Part shown: one piece after another, positions 21,130-31,321 of the stretch
How positions within the stretch are numbered: position 1 is the first letter of the stretch
How the letters are laid out: the number at the start of each line of letters is the position of its first letter
NCBI GenBank assembly: GCA_044356215.1
Contig: JBIKWQ010000011.1
Span: 1 to 56,185, forward strand
From: Bdellovibrionota bacterium
GTDB taxonomy: Bacteria > Bdellovibrionota_C > UBA2361 > OMII01
Length of the DNA: 56,185 nt
Direction of reading: 5' to 3'
Notes under the pieces: generated by a model
Told to the model about the DNA's origin: nothing
Seen by the model: the letters and a program-made list of their open reading frames with translations, nothing else
Databases searched by the model: none
Translations under genes and position numbers: made by a program

Positions 21130-22082
21130 AGTTTGTCAGAGATATCCCACTTAAGTTTGCGTCTCTCTTTATAGCGCTGGTGCTGGCGTACGGTGTGCAT
21201 AGCGCGCGTAACTCAAGTGTGGTCAGTTTGTTTGTGCCGCTTGAGGTTAAGAATACTCCCGAGGATAGAGTCGTCGTTAAGCCTGTAAAAAGAGGGGCTC
21301 AGGTGACATTACGGGGACCTTCGTTTTTAGTCGGGTCCCTGGCTTCCGCGCCTCCTCCTTTGAGGGTTAAGCTGCCAGATGGAACTGAGGAGCGCGCGTC
21401 TGTATCGTTACGAGCGGCGGATCTCTCTCTTCCTCCGTCGATTGAGGTCTTGAGTATTGAGCCGTCTCAATTAGAGTTTGTGCTTGAGCCGATCGAGCTG
21501 CAAGAGCTGCAGGTGGCGGTTCCAAGAGTGGGGCAGTTGTCTAAGGAATTGGTGCTTGAAGGGATTGAGGTAGCGCCTAGGATAGTTTCAGTGAAGGGGC
21601 CGAGGTCGGAGCTAAAGGGGCTCAAGGTGATTGAAACTGAGCCGGTAGATCTCTCGGCCCTAAATAGTTCAAAGGAATTAACACTTAACTTAAGGACGGT
21701 GGGCGGCTCTGTTGTTTCTGGAGTCAAGAGCGTTGTTGTAAGGGTGGCGATAGGAGAGCAGCCCACAGAGCGCGTATTTTTGCAGGTACCGGTCGAGGTT
21801 AGGGCTGTTAGTGGTATCGCTGGGGTGAGGATTTATCCGCCAGTAGTATCGTTAACAGTTTCTGGGTCGCCAACGGTGTTGTCTAATCTTAAATCAGAGG
21901 AGCTGGCTCCTTTTGTTAGAGTAGGCACAATATTGAGTCCAATAGCGGAGGCTAAACGTGAGGTGCAGATCCAGTTGCCTCTCGGTCTAAGAGCTACGCG
22001 GATAGATCCTCCGGTAGTGAATCTGCAATCTATGGGCTCGAATAGTTTTTCTGGTAATAAATTTTCAGTTAAGAAGAGGTAG
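21126..22082 (+). CDS. cdaR: CdaR/YbbR-domain regulator
   Basis: N-terminal TM, repeated beta-rich YbbR-like units (P..V.V.GP); position between cdaA and glmM. Confidence 0.85.
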   Translation: MKFVRDIPLKFASLFIALVLAYGVHSARNSSVVSLFVPLEVKNTPEDRVVVKPVKRGAQVTLRGPSFLVGSLASAPPPLRVKLPDGTEERASVSLRAADLSLPPSIEVLSIEPSQLEFVLEPIELQELQVAVPRVGQLSKELVLEGIEVAPRIVSVKGPRSELKGLKVIETEPVDLSALNSSKELTLNLRTVGGSVVSGVKSVVVRVAIGEQPTERVFLQVPVEVRAVSGIAGVRIYPPVVSLTVSGSPTVLSNLKSEELAPFVRVGTILSPIAEAKREVQIQLPLGLRATRIDPPVVNLQSMGSNSFSGNKFSVKKR

Positions 22083-22093
22083 CGGAGGAAGCT

Positions 22094-23464
22094 ATGACAC
22101 AAGCAAGAAGATATTTCGGAACAGATGGAATTCGCGGAGTGGCTGGTACCCCACCTCTTGATCCGGAGACCCTGGTGCGCCTCGGCAAGGCTGTCGCTAG
22201 CATCTTCATGCGTGATAACGGCCATAAGCGCGTGCGGATATTAATCGGGAAGGATACCAGGCTGTCAGGCTACATGATTGAAAGTTCTTTGGCCGCCGGG
22301 ATAACCGCGATGGGGGCGGATCTTATGCTTTGTGGCCCGCTTCCCACACCTGGAGTGGCGTATCTGACCAAGAGTATGCGCGCTGACGCCGGAATCGTTA
22401 TATCGGCCTCTCACAACCCGTTTGAGGATAACGGAATTAAGATATTCGGCGCGGATGGCTACAAGCTGCCGGATGAACTCGAAGAGCAGGTGGAGGCTCT
22501 ACTAGAGCCAGCGGCTCTCGAGGGTAAGGCCGCGGACGCCGGTCATATCGGTAAAGCTTATCGAATAGACGATGCTGTGGGGAGATACACAGTTTTTTTA
22601 AAGGAGAACTTCCCTCGTGAACTCTCGTTAAATGGGGTCAAGATTGGGCTCGATTGCGCTAACGGCGCGGCCTACGTGGTGGCGCCGCAGACCTTAACGG
22701 AATTAGGGGCTGAGGTGGTATCGCGAGGAGTCAGCCCTAGTGGACGAAATATTAACGATGGCTTCGGGAGCCTCTATCCTGATGTTGTGGGGAAGTTGGT
22801 AGTTGAGCAGAACCTAAATCTAGGTATCGCTCTTGATGGTGATGCCGATCGCTGCATCTTGGTCGATGAGAAGGGAAGGGTACTTGATGGCGACACAGTT
22901 CTGGCAATCTGCACGATTGATCTTAAGGAACGTGGGCTCTTACGCGCCAACAAGGTTGTCGCTACAGTCATGTCGAATCTAGGTTTGGATAATCTTCTAA
23001 AGCAGAATGGAATTGAGGTTATAAGAACGGCGGTCGGAGACCGCGCTGTTTTAGAAGAGATGGTCCGCCAGGGTGCGCAGGTGGGAGGAGAGCAATCTGG
23101 TCACACGATCTTTTCCGATATCTCGACAACTGGAGATGGACTGCTTACCGCGCTTATGGTGATGGCTGTAATGGGACGGAAGGGAAAGACCCTCTCTGAA
23201 TTAGCGGCGAACCTAGTAGCATTTCCGCAGAAGCTAGTTAATATAAAGGTCTCGCATAAGCCACCCCTTGAATCGATTGAGCCTCTTAAGAAAGCTATCG
23301 AACAAAAGGAGAAGGAGTTGGGCGATAGGGGGCGCGTTCTTGTTCGTTATTCAGGCACAGAAAACAAGGCCCGCGTTATGGTTGAGTGTGAGGACGAGGA
23401 TGCGTGTAAACGCCACGCGCACGACTTAGCGCAGATACTAGAGCGCGAGATAGGGGCGGTTTAG
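22094..23464 (+). CDS. glmM: Phosphoglucosamine mutase
   Basis: FGTDGIRG, SASHNP, DGDADR, GGEQSGH, RYSGTE. Confidence 0.97.
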   Translation: MTQARRYFGTDGIRGVAGTPPLDPETLVRLGKAVASIFMRDNGHKRVRILIGKDTRLSGYMIESSLAAGITAMGADLMLCGPLPTPGVAYLTKSMRADAGIVISASHNPFEDNGIKIFGADGYKLPDELEEQVEALLEPAALEGKAADAGHIGKAYRIDDAVGRYTVFLKENFPRELSLNGVKIGLDCANGAAYVVAPQTLTELGAEVVSRGVSPSGRNINDGFGSLYPDVVGKLVVEQNLNLGIALDGDADRCILVDEKGRVLDGDTVLAICTIDLKERGLLRANKVVATVMSNLGLDNLLKQNGIEVIRTAVGDRAVLEEMVRQGAQVGGEQSGHTIFSDISTTGDGLLTALMVMAVMGRKGKTLSELAANLVAFPQKLVNIKVSHKPPLESIEPLKKAIEQKEKELGDRGRVLVRYSGTENKARVMVECEDEDACKRHAHDLAQILEREIGAV

Positions 23465-23528
23465 CATTTGGCGATGCTATGACTTTAAAGATCCAAAAAA
23501 CCCAGTGAGTAGTTACTAAGTTTTTTCG

Positions 23529-25166
23529 ATGACCGAAGATCACGGATCGTTTGGTAGGATTGGTGTCAGTGAGGTTGGTCACGCGCCTTTTCGATTACCA
23601 TCATCGGCTGAAATGACGGCGCTGGATCACGATACCATCACAAGAGGAACCTCAGCCCGAGAGTTAATGGAGCGCGCGGGAAGCGCTGTTTCAGATAGGT
23701 TATTGGCTGTTTACCCAGCGGCAAAAAACGTGGTGATCCTCTGCGGGCCTGGAAATAATGGAGGTGATGGCCTAGTAATCTCCAAGTGTCTACGGGATCG
23801 CGGTCTTAATGTTTCGGTAATTGTTACCTCCGCCAGTCGTTATTCGGCGGAATGGCTAGAACAAATTGGTGGTGTCAGCGGATTCCGCCTGTTTGGCGGG
23901 GGTAGCTCCTTTTTGCCGAGTGATGGCGCGGAGATGTCACCGATAACGCCACCAGAGATCAATGATCTTTTAAAGGGGGCGGACCTGGTGGTGGATGCGC
24001 TCCTTGGAACTGGCCAGAGCGATGCGCCGCGCGGAGCAATAAGCGACTTAGTTCGTCTATTAGCTTCTTGTCGAGCGGAGCTAAGTAAACTCGCGGTAGT
24101 TTCCGTTGATCTGCCCACCGGAATAGACGCCGATACTGGAGGTGTATTCGATCCCCATGTCGTCGCGGACCTTACGATCGCGATCCAATTAATAAAACGT
24201 GGATGTTTGCAATTTCCTGCCCGCGCCGTCTGCGGAGAGATCGAGAGTGTTGATATCGGCATCTCTGGAGGAGCGCATGTGGAGTATTCGCTTATCGCGC
24301 GATCAAATCTTCCGCGGCTGGCGCGCAGAGCGGCCGATACTCATAAAGGAGCGCTTGGAAGGGTTTTAGTGATCGGTGGCTCCCTGGCTATGTCTGGAGC
24401 ACCCATGTTGTCGGCACTAGGAGCGTTGAGGACCGGCGCTGGGATCGTCTCTCGGGTCGTTCGCTCAGGCTGGAGCACGATACCTCCGCTTCCAGAGGCG
24501 ATGTTCGAGGTGTTGGGAGGTAACGCTAGCTGCTATCAGTTATCAGACCTAAACGAAATTGACCAGATGCTCAAACGCTACGACACCTGCGTCGTCGGTC
24601 CAGGTATGGGAACTGACTCAGGGACATTAGATCTATTTCTAGCGATTTTGGATCGTTTGAAATCCAGTAACGCTCGGCTTATCCTCGATGCCGACGCGTT
24701 AAATCTCTTAGCCGCGTCGGGCGCGTCTTTAGCCGGGTTAGCCTCCATTATCACACCGCATCCAGGAGAGGCCGCACGGTTGTTGGGAATTAGTTCCGCG
24801 CTGGTTCAGAAGGATCGGTTCACCGCGGCTCGTGATCTCGCGCGTAAACTAGGAGCTGTAACGGTTCTCAAGGGTGCGGGGACCCTGATACACGACGGGG
24901 TTTGCGGCTCTCTTGTGGCGGAGGGCACCCCATATCTGGCGACACCAGGTAGTGGAGACGTGTTATCCGGAATTATAGCCGGTTGCGTCGCCAGGTGCGC
25001 CTCGCTCCGGGACGCGGCGGTGCTTGGTGTTTGGCTGCACGCTAAAGCAGGAAGTGAAGCCGCCAAGCGAAGACGGGGACCGATCTTGGCCTCGGAGATC
25101 GCCGAGCATTTAGGGGGGGTTGTTGGGGGGATTGAGGGCGACTTCCGGGTGTCTATGCTTCCTTAA
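23529..25166 (+). CDS. nnr: Bifunctional NAD(P)HX epimerase/dehydratase
   Basis: GPGNNGGDG, DALLGTG, DLPTG, HKG, GPGMG, DADAL, TPHPGEA, GSGDVL. Confidence 0.93.
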   Translation: MTEDHGSFGRIGVSEVGHAPFRLPSSAEMTALDHDTITRGTSARELMERAGSAVSDRLLAVYPAAKNVVILCGPGNNGGDGLVISKCLRDRGLNVSVIVTSASRYSAEWLEQIGGVSGFRLFGGGSSFLPSDGAEMSPITPPEINDLLKGADLVVDALLGTGQSDAPRGAISDLVRLLASCRAELSKLAVVSVDLPTGIDADTGGVFDPHVVADLTIAIQLIKRGCLQFPARAVCGEIESVDIGISGGAHVEYSLIARSNLPRLARRAADTHKGALGRVLVIGGSLAMSGAPMLSALGALRTGAGIVSRVVRSGWSTIPPLPEAMFEVLGGNASCYQLSDLNEIDQMLKRYDTCVVGPGMGTDSGTLDLFLAILDRLKSSNARLILDADALNLLAASGASLAGLASIITPHPGEAARLLGISSALVQKDRFTAARDLARKLGAVTVLKGAGTLIHDGVCGSLVAEGTPYLATPGSGDVLSGIIAGCVARCASLRDAAVLGVWLHAKAGSEAAKRRRGPILASEIAEHLGGVVGGIEGDFRVSMLP

Positions 25167-25210
25167 TAGCGTAATTTAAATTAGCCTGAAGCCTTAAAGG
25201 AACAGGAAAA

Positions 25211-26026
25211 ATGACTATCGAACACCCAAAAGAAAATACTGATTTGTCTAAAGGCACACAGTTATCCGATCGGATCAAACAGGTTTGGAATCAATATTTG
25301 ACGGATCGTGCTGGCGCACTTGAATCAGCCGTTGATCTGATAAAGAAAAATTTCCAAGACGCTACAGCAACCGATCATATTCGAGAACTCCATACGATAG
25401 CGGCATGGAGCTGTTATCACCTAAAGAGATACGCTGAGTGTTTGGACCACTGCAATCTCTCCCGATCCCATCCACGAGCTCTAGAGTGCGAGCTGAGCCT
25501 CAGGAGTTATGTTTCCAACTATCGCGATGATGAACGACTTGCGGTGCTAAGCCAGGCAATAGGAGATACTCCCGCAGCCGCTAACGCGTTTCTTATTCGG
25601 GCAATTTCTATGGAGAAAGTGCCATACAGTCAGTTAACCGAGATAGTTGAACGTTTCCTTATAACCAGGCGGTCTGAGGTGGATCAAACGTCGATCCTTG
25701 GGCATATCCTAAACAACGCAGCAAAGGTGCTGATATATAATTCAAGCGGAGTTAATAGAGATGGGGAGCTTAGTCAGGCGGAGAGATGGATGAGCCAAGC
25801 GATAGATCAGTATCGAAGAGTCGGAGCCGCTCCAGATCACTTAGCTGCCGCGTATTTTCATTTAAGTAAAACTACAAATGATAAAATTCTTAAGACCAGC
25901 TTCCTAGAGAAATCTCTCCGGTCTTGGAAGCTATTTAACGAAGGAAAAGATCCGGATAGCTCAGGTTTTCAAAAACAAAAGCAAGTGGAGGAGGAGCTGG
26001 ATAAGAACTGCGGCTCCCAATTATGA
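25211..26026 (+). CDS. Hypothetical all-helical, TPR-like protein
   Basis: 271-aa ORF with AGGA RBS; TPR-like helices (AWSCYHLKRYAE, LAAAYFHLS). Confidence 0.6.
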   Translation: MTIEHPKENTDLSKGTQLSDRIKQVWNQYLTDRAGALESAVDLIKKNFQDATATDHIRELHTIAAWSCYHLKRYAECLDHCNLSRSHPRALECELSLRSYVSNYRDDERLAVLSQAIGDTPAAANAFLIRAISMEKVPYSQLTEIVERFLITRRSEVDQTSILGHILNNAAKVLIYNSSGVNRDGELSQAERWMSQAIDQYRRVGAAPDHLAAAYFHLSKTTNDKILKTSFLEKSLRSWKLFNEGKDPDSSGFQKQKQVEEELDKNCGSQL

Positions 26027-26096
26027 TCAAATTACCTTTGGCATCTAGCCTCTTATGCGGCTATACTCTGACAGCTATTTATACTAAGTTTTCAAT

Positions 26097-26906
26097 ATGA
26101 CTCTATCCGCGCTTATCAAATATGGCTGCAAGCCATACATCTGCACATCACGACACATCAGCCACGTATTTGATATGCGGCCGTTTGATGTTCCGTTAAC
26201 CCAACATTACGACGGCTCTGACGAGACGCAGTTTCATCTGGCCTATATGCGTTCTAATTCGATCGCCTTCGACGCTGATCTCGGCATGCCGCGCTGGGTA
26301 TATATCGACTTTGTATTGTTGCAAACAGCGGTAGTTGGTTTTACCTTGCCCAAGCGTTTGATGCCGCCGGAGTTAATAGCTAAATTCGCGGCTGATTTGG
26401 AGCTGGATCTTTCAAAGTTAGATGACCTACCGATCTCTGGGCAGACGGCGGGGTTAGCGTCGGATGGCAAAACCTGGACCGGTGTTTCCCTATTTAGTTT
26501 ATCAAAGCATCTGCCGGAGCTTAAGAGTCTAGGGATAGCGACACACACGCGCGCCTTGGCGCTTAAAGCATATAAGGCTAGGACGTTTGTTGGCATAACT
26601 CAGTACGATAATCCAGCAGTAGCGATCCACGGAAAAACCACCAAGGGATTGTTTATTAAGCAGCCGATGGTCTGGATTCACCCGCGCACGCACATGACTT
26701 TTATCTATGAGCAGGAGATCGATTTCACCCTCGACGGATTGGCCGGTCAGGAGCCTCTTGAATATTCTTTCCTGTTAAGAGCTGACGACCTGGCTGCCAA
26801 GGAGCGGATCGCGGAGGGATTGGCGAAAGGTAGAAGATATCAGATCGTCTCGCCCTTCCGAATAGTAGATGGATCTCAAGTGTTTTTGCCGATTCGCGAG
26901 ATCTGA
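26097..26906 (+). CDS. Hypothetical protein, possible divergent GNAT fold
   Basis: 269-aa ORF; SLFSL...SLGIATHTRALAL...TQYDNPAVAIH loosely resembles GNAT motifs A/B. Confidence 0.55.
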   Translation: MTLSALIKYGCKPYICTSRHISHVFDMRPFDVPLTQHYDGSDETQFHLAYMRSNSIAFDADLGMPRWVYIDFVLLQTAVVGFTLPKRLMPPELIAKFAADLELDLSKLDDLPISGQTAGLASDGKTWTGVSLFSLSKHLPELKSLGIATHTRALALKAYKARTFVGITQYDNPAVAIHGKTTKGLFIKQPMVWIHPRTHMTFIYEQEIDFTLDGLAGQEPLEYSFLLRADDLAAKERIAEGLAKGRRYQIVSPFRIVDGSQVFLPIREI

Positions 26907-26958
26907 TCTTTTGTGATACGATTACCCAGCCGAATTTACTGAGTGAAAGAGGGGGCGT

Positions 26959-28167
26959 ATGGCTAAAAAGATCGGAGTAGTGGCGTTTTCTGGCGGATTA
27001 GATACATCTTTTCTAGTTCCGTTTTCGCGTGAGCGTTACAAGCTCGATTCAGTTATAACCTGCACCGTGAATACTGGTGGTTTCTCTAGCGCGGACCAGG
27101 AGGCGATCGCCAATAGATCTAAGGAGGTGGGAGCTGATAAGCACTTCTTCGTTGACGCGCAGAGTGACTTTTACGATTCGGTGATTAAATATCTGATCTT
27201 TGGAAATGTTACTCGAGATGGTTATCCCCTCTCCGTAGGCAGTGAGAGGATAGTTCAGGCCCGCAAGGTGCTCGATGTTTGCCTAGATCAAGGTGCTCAG
27301 ATGTTTCTGCACGGTTCGACTGGCGCGGGTAACGATCAGTATCGTTTTGATGTGGCTCTTCATGTCCTGGGCCAAGGAAAGATAGAGGTGGTCGCGCCGA
27401 TCCGTGAGTTCGCTTTTTCGCGTGAATACTCAACCAATTATCTCTTAGAGCGTGGGATATCTGTACCTCAGAAGAACTCAAGCTACTCTTACAATGTTGG
27501 TTTATGGGGGGTCTCTATCGGTGGAAAGGAGACCCATGTCTCAACAGGGCTGATTCCCGAAGACGCGTGGTATAGCAAGCCAGATCGTTCTAAGGAGCGT
27601 GGAGAGATTGAGATCACTTTTAAGCAGGGAGAGCCAGTTAAGGTAAGTGGTGAATTCGGGGAGGCTCACGGCCCCGTTGAGTGCATTAAGGCTATTGTTA
27701 AGTTCGGAAATACATTTGCGGTAGGTCGAAAATATCACGTTGGCACTTCGATACCTGGCAAGAAGGGGCGTTTGGCCTATGAGGCGCCGGCCGCCGAGAT
27801 CATCTATGAGGCTCACAGAACTTTGGAGAAGCTGGTGCTTTCTCAGGCGCAGATTCACACTAAGCAATTTATCGCTAATGAGGTAGGTAAGGCGATCCAT
27901 GAAGCGCGCGCATTTGATCCTAATTTAGAGGATCTTTACGCCTATTTGAGGAGCTCTCAGCGTCAGGTTGATGGAACTTGTCGGGTCATCACGCGCCAGG
28001 GATACATCGAAAGTGTTACCGCTGATTCTCCAAATAATCTGCTTGCTATTAAGGGCTCGTTGTATGGTGAGGTCTCAAACATCTACTCGCCGCAGCAGGC
28101 GGAAGGGGCAACTAGATTGCACGCGATAGAGCAGATGTTCTGCCACCAGCTAGCTCAAAAGAAATAG
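26959..28167 (+). CDS. argG: Argininosuccinate synthase
   Basis: AFSGGLDTS, HGSTGAGNDQYRF, APIR, KGRLAYEAPAA. Confidence 0.93.
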   Translation: MAKKIGVVAFSGGLDTSFLVPFSRERYKLDSVITCTVNTGGFSSADQEAIANRSKEVGADKHFFVDAQSDFYDSVIKYLIFGNVTRDGYPLSVGSERIVQARKVLDVCLDQGAQMFLHGSTGAGNDQYRFDVALHVLGQGKIEVVAPIREFAFSREYSTNYLLERGISVPQKNSSYSYNVGLWGVSIGGKETHVSTGLIPEDAWYSKPDRSKERGEIEITFKQGEPVKVSGEFGEAHGPVECIKAIVKFGNTFAVGRKYHVGTSIPGKKGRLAYEAPAAEIIYEAHRTLEKLVLSQAQIHTKQFIANEVGKAIHEARAFDPNLEDLYAYLRSSQRQVDGTCRVITRQGYIESVTADSPNNLLAIKGSLYGEVSNIYSPQQAEGATRLHAIEQMFCHQLAQKK

Positions 28168-28180
28168 AGAGATTTGCTTT

Positions 28181-29347
28181 ATGTCGAACGTACAAGATCG
28201 TGTAGTTGAATTAACTCAAGAGTTGGTCCGTAGATCAAACCCAGCGGGCTATGACACAGGTGGTCAGAAGCTTCTGGCTGAGCGACTCGCTAAGTTAGGA
28301 TTTAAAACCGAGACAGTAAAACTAGATCACTGCGAGAATCTGATAGCTTTGAGAGGTGAAGGGAGCGATTATTTCGCTTTTGTTGGTCACACCGATGTAG
28401 TCGCGCCAGGGGATGGTTGGAGTGTTGACCCTTTTGAAGGGGTGGTTAGAGATGGCCGCCTTTACGGAAGGGGTGTGGCTGATATGAAGGGATCAGTTGC
28501 CGCGTGGATGGTAGCTCTAGAGGATTTTCTTCTCGCGAACCCAAATACTAAACTTCCTTTGGCGTTACTAATAGCTGGAGATGAAGAGGTAGAATCTTTG
28601 GGTATGCCAGCTATGCTTGCTAGGCTTGTCTCTAGCGGTAAGAAAGTTAAGCTCTGTTTGGTTGGAGAACCAACGGCGACAGAGAGCTTAGGCGACTGCA
28701 TAAAGGCTGGTAGGCGCGGATCCTTAAGCGCGAAGGTAACAGTGAAAGGATTGCAGGGACATGTCGCTTATCCACATTTAGCAAAAAATCCCAATCATGC
28801 GCTATCGCGAATAATATCGCGTTTAACGAGCGTTAATCTGGATGACGGCTTGCCGCCGCTGGCCCTAGCAGACGGTGATTGTGGTTGGCCAAAGTCGTCG
28901 CTTCAGGTCGCGTCGATCAGCTCCGGTGTCGGTGGAGGAACAAACGTGATTCCAGGAGAAGCTGAGTTCCGTTTTAATATAAGATATCGAGTGCCTTTAA
29001 CGCGCGACAAGTTGATCTCGTTACTTTCTCCGATGATGCAAGATGAAGAGTGTCAGGTGTCTGTAGCGTGGAACGCAGGCAGCAACCCTTACGACTCGGA
29101 TGCTGGAAGGCTAAGGACCGCGGTAATCGAATCTTTGAGAAAAAGAGGATTCTCTCCATCTGTCACTCGAGATGGTGGTACGTCGGACGGAAGATTCGTC
29201 GCTGAGCACGGCGCTGAGGTTCTTGAGTTAGGGCCGTGCAATCAAACTATTCATAAAGTTGATGAGCATCTGACAGTAGGTGAGCTGGAGCAGCTTGCGC
29301 TTGTATATCGTGATGTTTTGGAGAGTGTCGCGAAAAACGAGATTTAG
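28181..29347 (+). CDS. dapE: Succinyl-diaminopimelate desuccinylase (M20A)
   Basis: GHTDVV, GRGVADMKG, DEE, GEPT, GRRGS, HVAYP, NVIPG, GGTSDGRF, IHKVDE. Confidence 0.85.
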   Translation: MSNVQDRVVELTQELVRRSNPAGYDTGGQKLLAERLAKLGFKTETVKLDHCENLIALRGEGSDYFAFVGHTDVVAPGDGWSVDPFEGVVRDGRLYGRGVADMKGSVAAWMVALEDFLLANPNTKLPLALLIAGDEEVESLGMPAMLARLVSSGKKVKLCLVGEPTATESLGDCIKAGRRGSLSAKVTVKGLQGHVAYPHLAKNPNHALSRIISRLTSVNLDDGLPPLALADGDCGWPKSSLQVASISSGVGGGTNVIPGEAEFRFNIRYRVPLTRDKLISLLSPMMQDEECQVSVAWNAGSNPYDSDAGRLRTAVIESLRKRGFSPSVTRDGGTSDGRFVAEHGAEVLELGPCNQTIHKVDEHLTVGELEQLALVYRDVLESVAKNEI

Positions 29348-29412
29348 CCACAAAGAAATTAAGTCACATTTTTCAAGCAAGCTTCCATAACCCTATTGGG
29401 ATGAACTGATTT

Positions 29413-30822
29413 ATGGAGGTGGTCTTGATACGCAGAGTTCTGTTTTTATTCACTTTATTAGCTATCTCGTCGGCCAATAGTAACCTGGTGTGCCAGACCT
29501 TGCCCGGTATGCCACCTGGGCTTGGACCACTTCCAGTTAATAAAGGCTACCAGACCCCGGTGGAACAGCAGGGTCAGGTGATCGCCAAGGTAACCCAGGC
29601 TGCTCTTAATCAGGCGTTAGTTAATGCCCGTAAAACTATGGGGGTCAGGAGGCCGAGCGTAGCAGCAATCAGAAGCGAGCTAGCCAAGCTTTTTGGGTTG
29701 CGCACCAGCGCCTCAATTACCAATACAACGATTCTTCTCAAAGGGATCTCAGCGGATACACCGCGGATGCGATTAGCCCTAAGCAAGGGGCTAGCCGAAA
29801 AGTTTGAACCTAACTTCAAGATGCGTGCATTTCAGGCCGCTCCTAACGACACATTCTACCGCTTCGGGCTAATGTGGGGATTATCAAATACCGGACAAAA
29901 TGGAGGGGTTGATAACGTTGATATTGATGCTCCGGAAGCTTGGGGTATTACAGAGGGCAATCCCGATGTAGTTGTGGCAGTGGCGGATACGGGGGTTTCG
30001 CAGGTACATCTCGATCTCAAGTCTCGTCTCTGGGAGAATCCTCGAGAGATTCCTAATAACAAGCTAGACGACGACAAGAACGGCTACATTGACGATGTGC
30101 GCGGCTGGGATTTTATCGGTAACGACAATATCCCATCAGACCAAAATCTTCACGGAACACATGTAGCTGGCACGATAGCCGCCGAAAAAAACAACTCTCG
30201 AGGTGTAGTGGGCGTAGCGCCTGGAGTAAAGGTGGTTTCTTTGCGTGTTCTAAACGCCAAAGGAGAAGGTGATTCTGCTGGTGTCATGCGAGCAATCCAG
30301 TATGCGATATCTCTACGTAAGGCCGGAGTTAATCTTCGAGTTATAAACCTCTCTTTAGGAGGTGGAGAGAGTTCTGATTCGTTTAAAGAGGTGCTACAGG
30401 AGGCTAACAAAGTGGGAATCTTGGTAGTCGCCGCGGCTGGAAATGAAACCAACGACAACGACGCCAAACCGACTTATCCGGCTAGCTATGACGTTCCAAA
30501 TATAATCTCTGTAGCGGCTGTTGACAGCAAGGGAGCATTGGCGAGCTTCTCGAACTTTGGCGCCAAGAGCGTCGACGTGGCGGCCCCTGGAGTATTTATC
30601 TGGAGCACTTTCCCTTATGGCTTTTACTTTTTTCTCGATGGAACCTCTATGGCGGCGCCTCACGTAAGTGGAGTCGCGGCGCTTATTTACTCAAAAAATT
30701 CAGGGTTATCTCCGGAGCAGGTAGTAAATATCCTACGAAGCTCGGTGAAGCGTATCTCTGGATTGGAGGGTAAGATGGTGGCGCCAGGTATTGTAAGTGC
30801 CTCGAAAGCACTTCAATTTTAG
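29413..30822 (+). CDS. Secreted S8 subtilisin-like serine peptidase
   Basis: Signal peptide; DTG, HGTHVAG, AAGN, GTSMAAPHV. Confidence 0.95.
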   Translation: MEVVLIRRVLFLFTLLAISSANSNLVCQTLPGMPPGLGPLPVNKGYQTPVEQQGQVIAKVTQAALNQALVNARKTMGVRRPSVAAIRSELAKLFGLRTSASITNTTILLKGISADTPRMRLALSKGLAEKFEPNFKMRAFQAAPNDTFYRFGLMWGLSNTGQNGGVDNVDIDAPEAWGITEGNPDVVVAVADTGVSQVHLDLKSRLWENPREIPNNKLDDDKNGYIDDVRGWDFIGNDNIPSDQNLHGTHVAGTIAAEKNNSRGVVGVAPGVKVVSLRVLNAKGEGDSAGVMRAIQYAISLRKAGVNLRVINLSLGGGESSDSFKEVLQEANKVGILVVAAAGNETNDNDAKPTYPASYDVPNIISVAAVDSKGALASFSNFGAKSVDVAAPGVFIWSTFPYGFYFFLDGTSMAAPHVSGVAALIYSKNSGLSPEQVVNILRSSVKRISGLEGKMVAPGIVSASKALQF

Positions 30823-30868
30823 CCTGTCCCACTGGAATTTAGCTGGCTAAATCAGCTATTCTCTTGGG

Positions 30869-31321
30869 GTGCGCACGCAGGTTCTTAAATCGGAGCGAGA
30901 TACGGAGAGGTTCGCTGAAAAGCTAGCCAAAGCTTTCGCTGGCGGATACTCGGTCGGATTACGCGGCGATTTAGGCGCTGGAAAGACGACACTGGTTCGG
31001 TATCTAGTGGAGGCTCTTGGCGGCTTGAGTACGCAGGTGGCCTCGCCTTCATTCGCGTTGCAGTATGAATATACAGTACGTGAAGACCTTAGAGTTGAGC
31101 ACTGGGACATCTATAGGTTGAAGGAGTTGCCGGATGAGTTAATCGAGCCGGTAGACTCAAGAACTTTACGATTAATTGAGTGGCCTGATAGGGCCCCTGG
31201 ATTGATTGATGAGTTGGATCTGTTAATTGAGATTGTTCTTCTGGAAGATGGAACAAGAGAAGTCCGATTGTTCGGTGGATTAAGTGAAGAGATAGGAAGG
31301 AGTCTAGGTGAGCGCTTTTGA
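30869..31321 (+). CDS. tsaE: tRNA t6A biosynthesis ATPase
   Basis: GDLGAGKTT, SPSF, HWDIYRL, IEWP. Confidence 0.93.
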   Translation: MRTQVLKSERDTERFAEKLAKAFAGGYSVGLRGDLGAGKTTLVRYLVEALGGLSTQVASPSFALQYEYTVREDLRVEHWDIYRLKELPDELIEPVDSRTLRLIEWPDRAPGLIDELDLLIEIVLLEDGTREVRLFGGLSEEIGRSLGERF

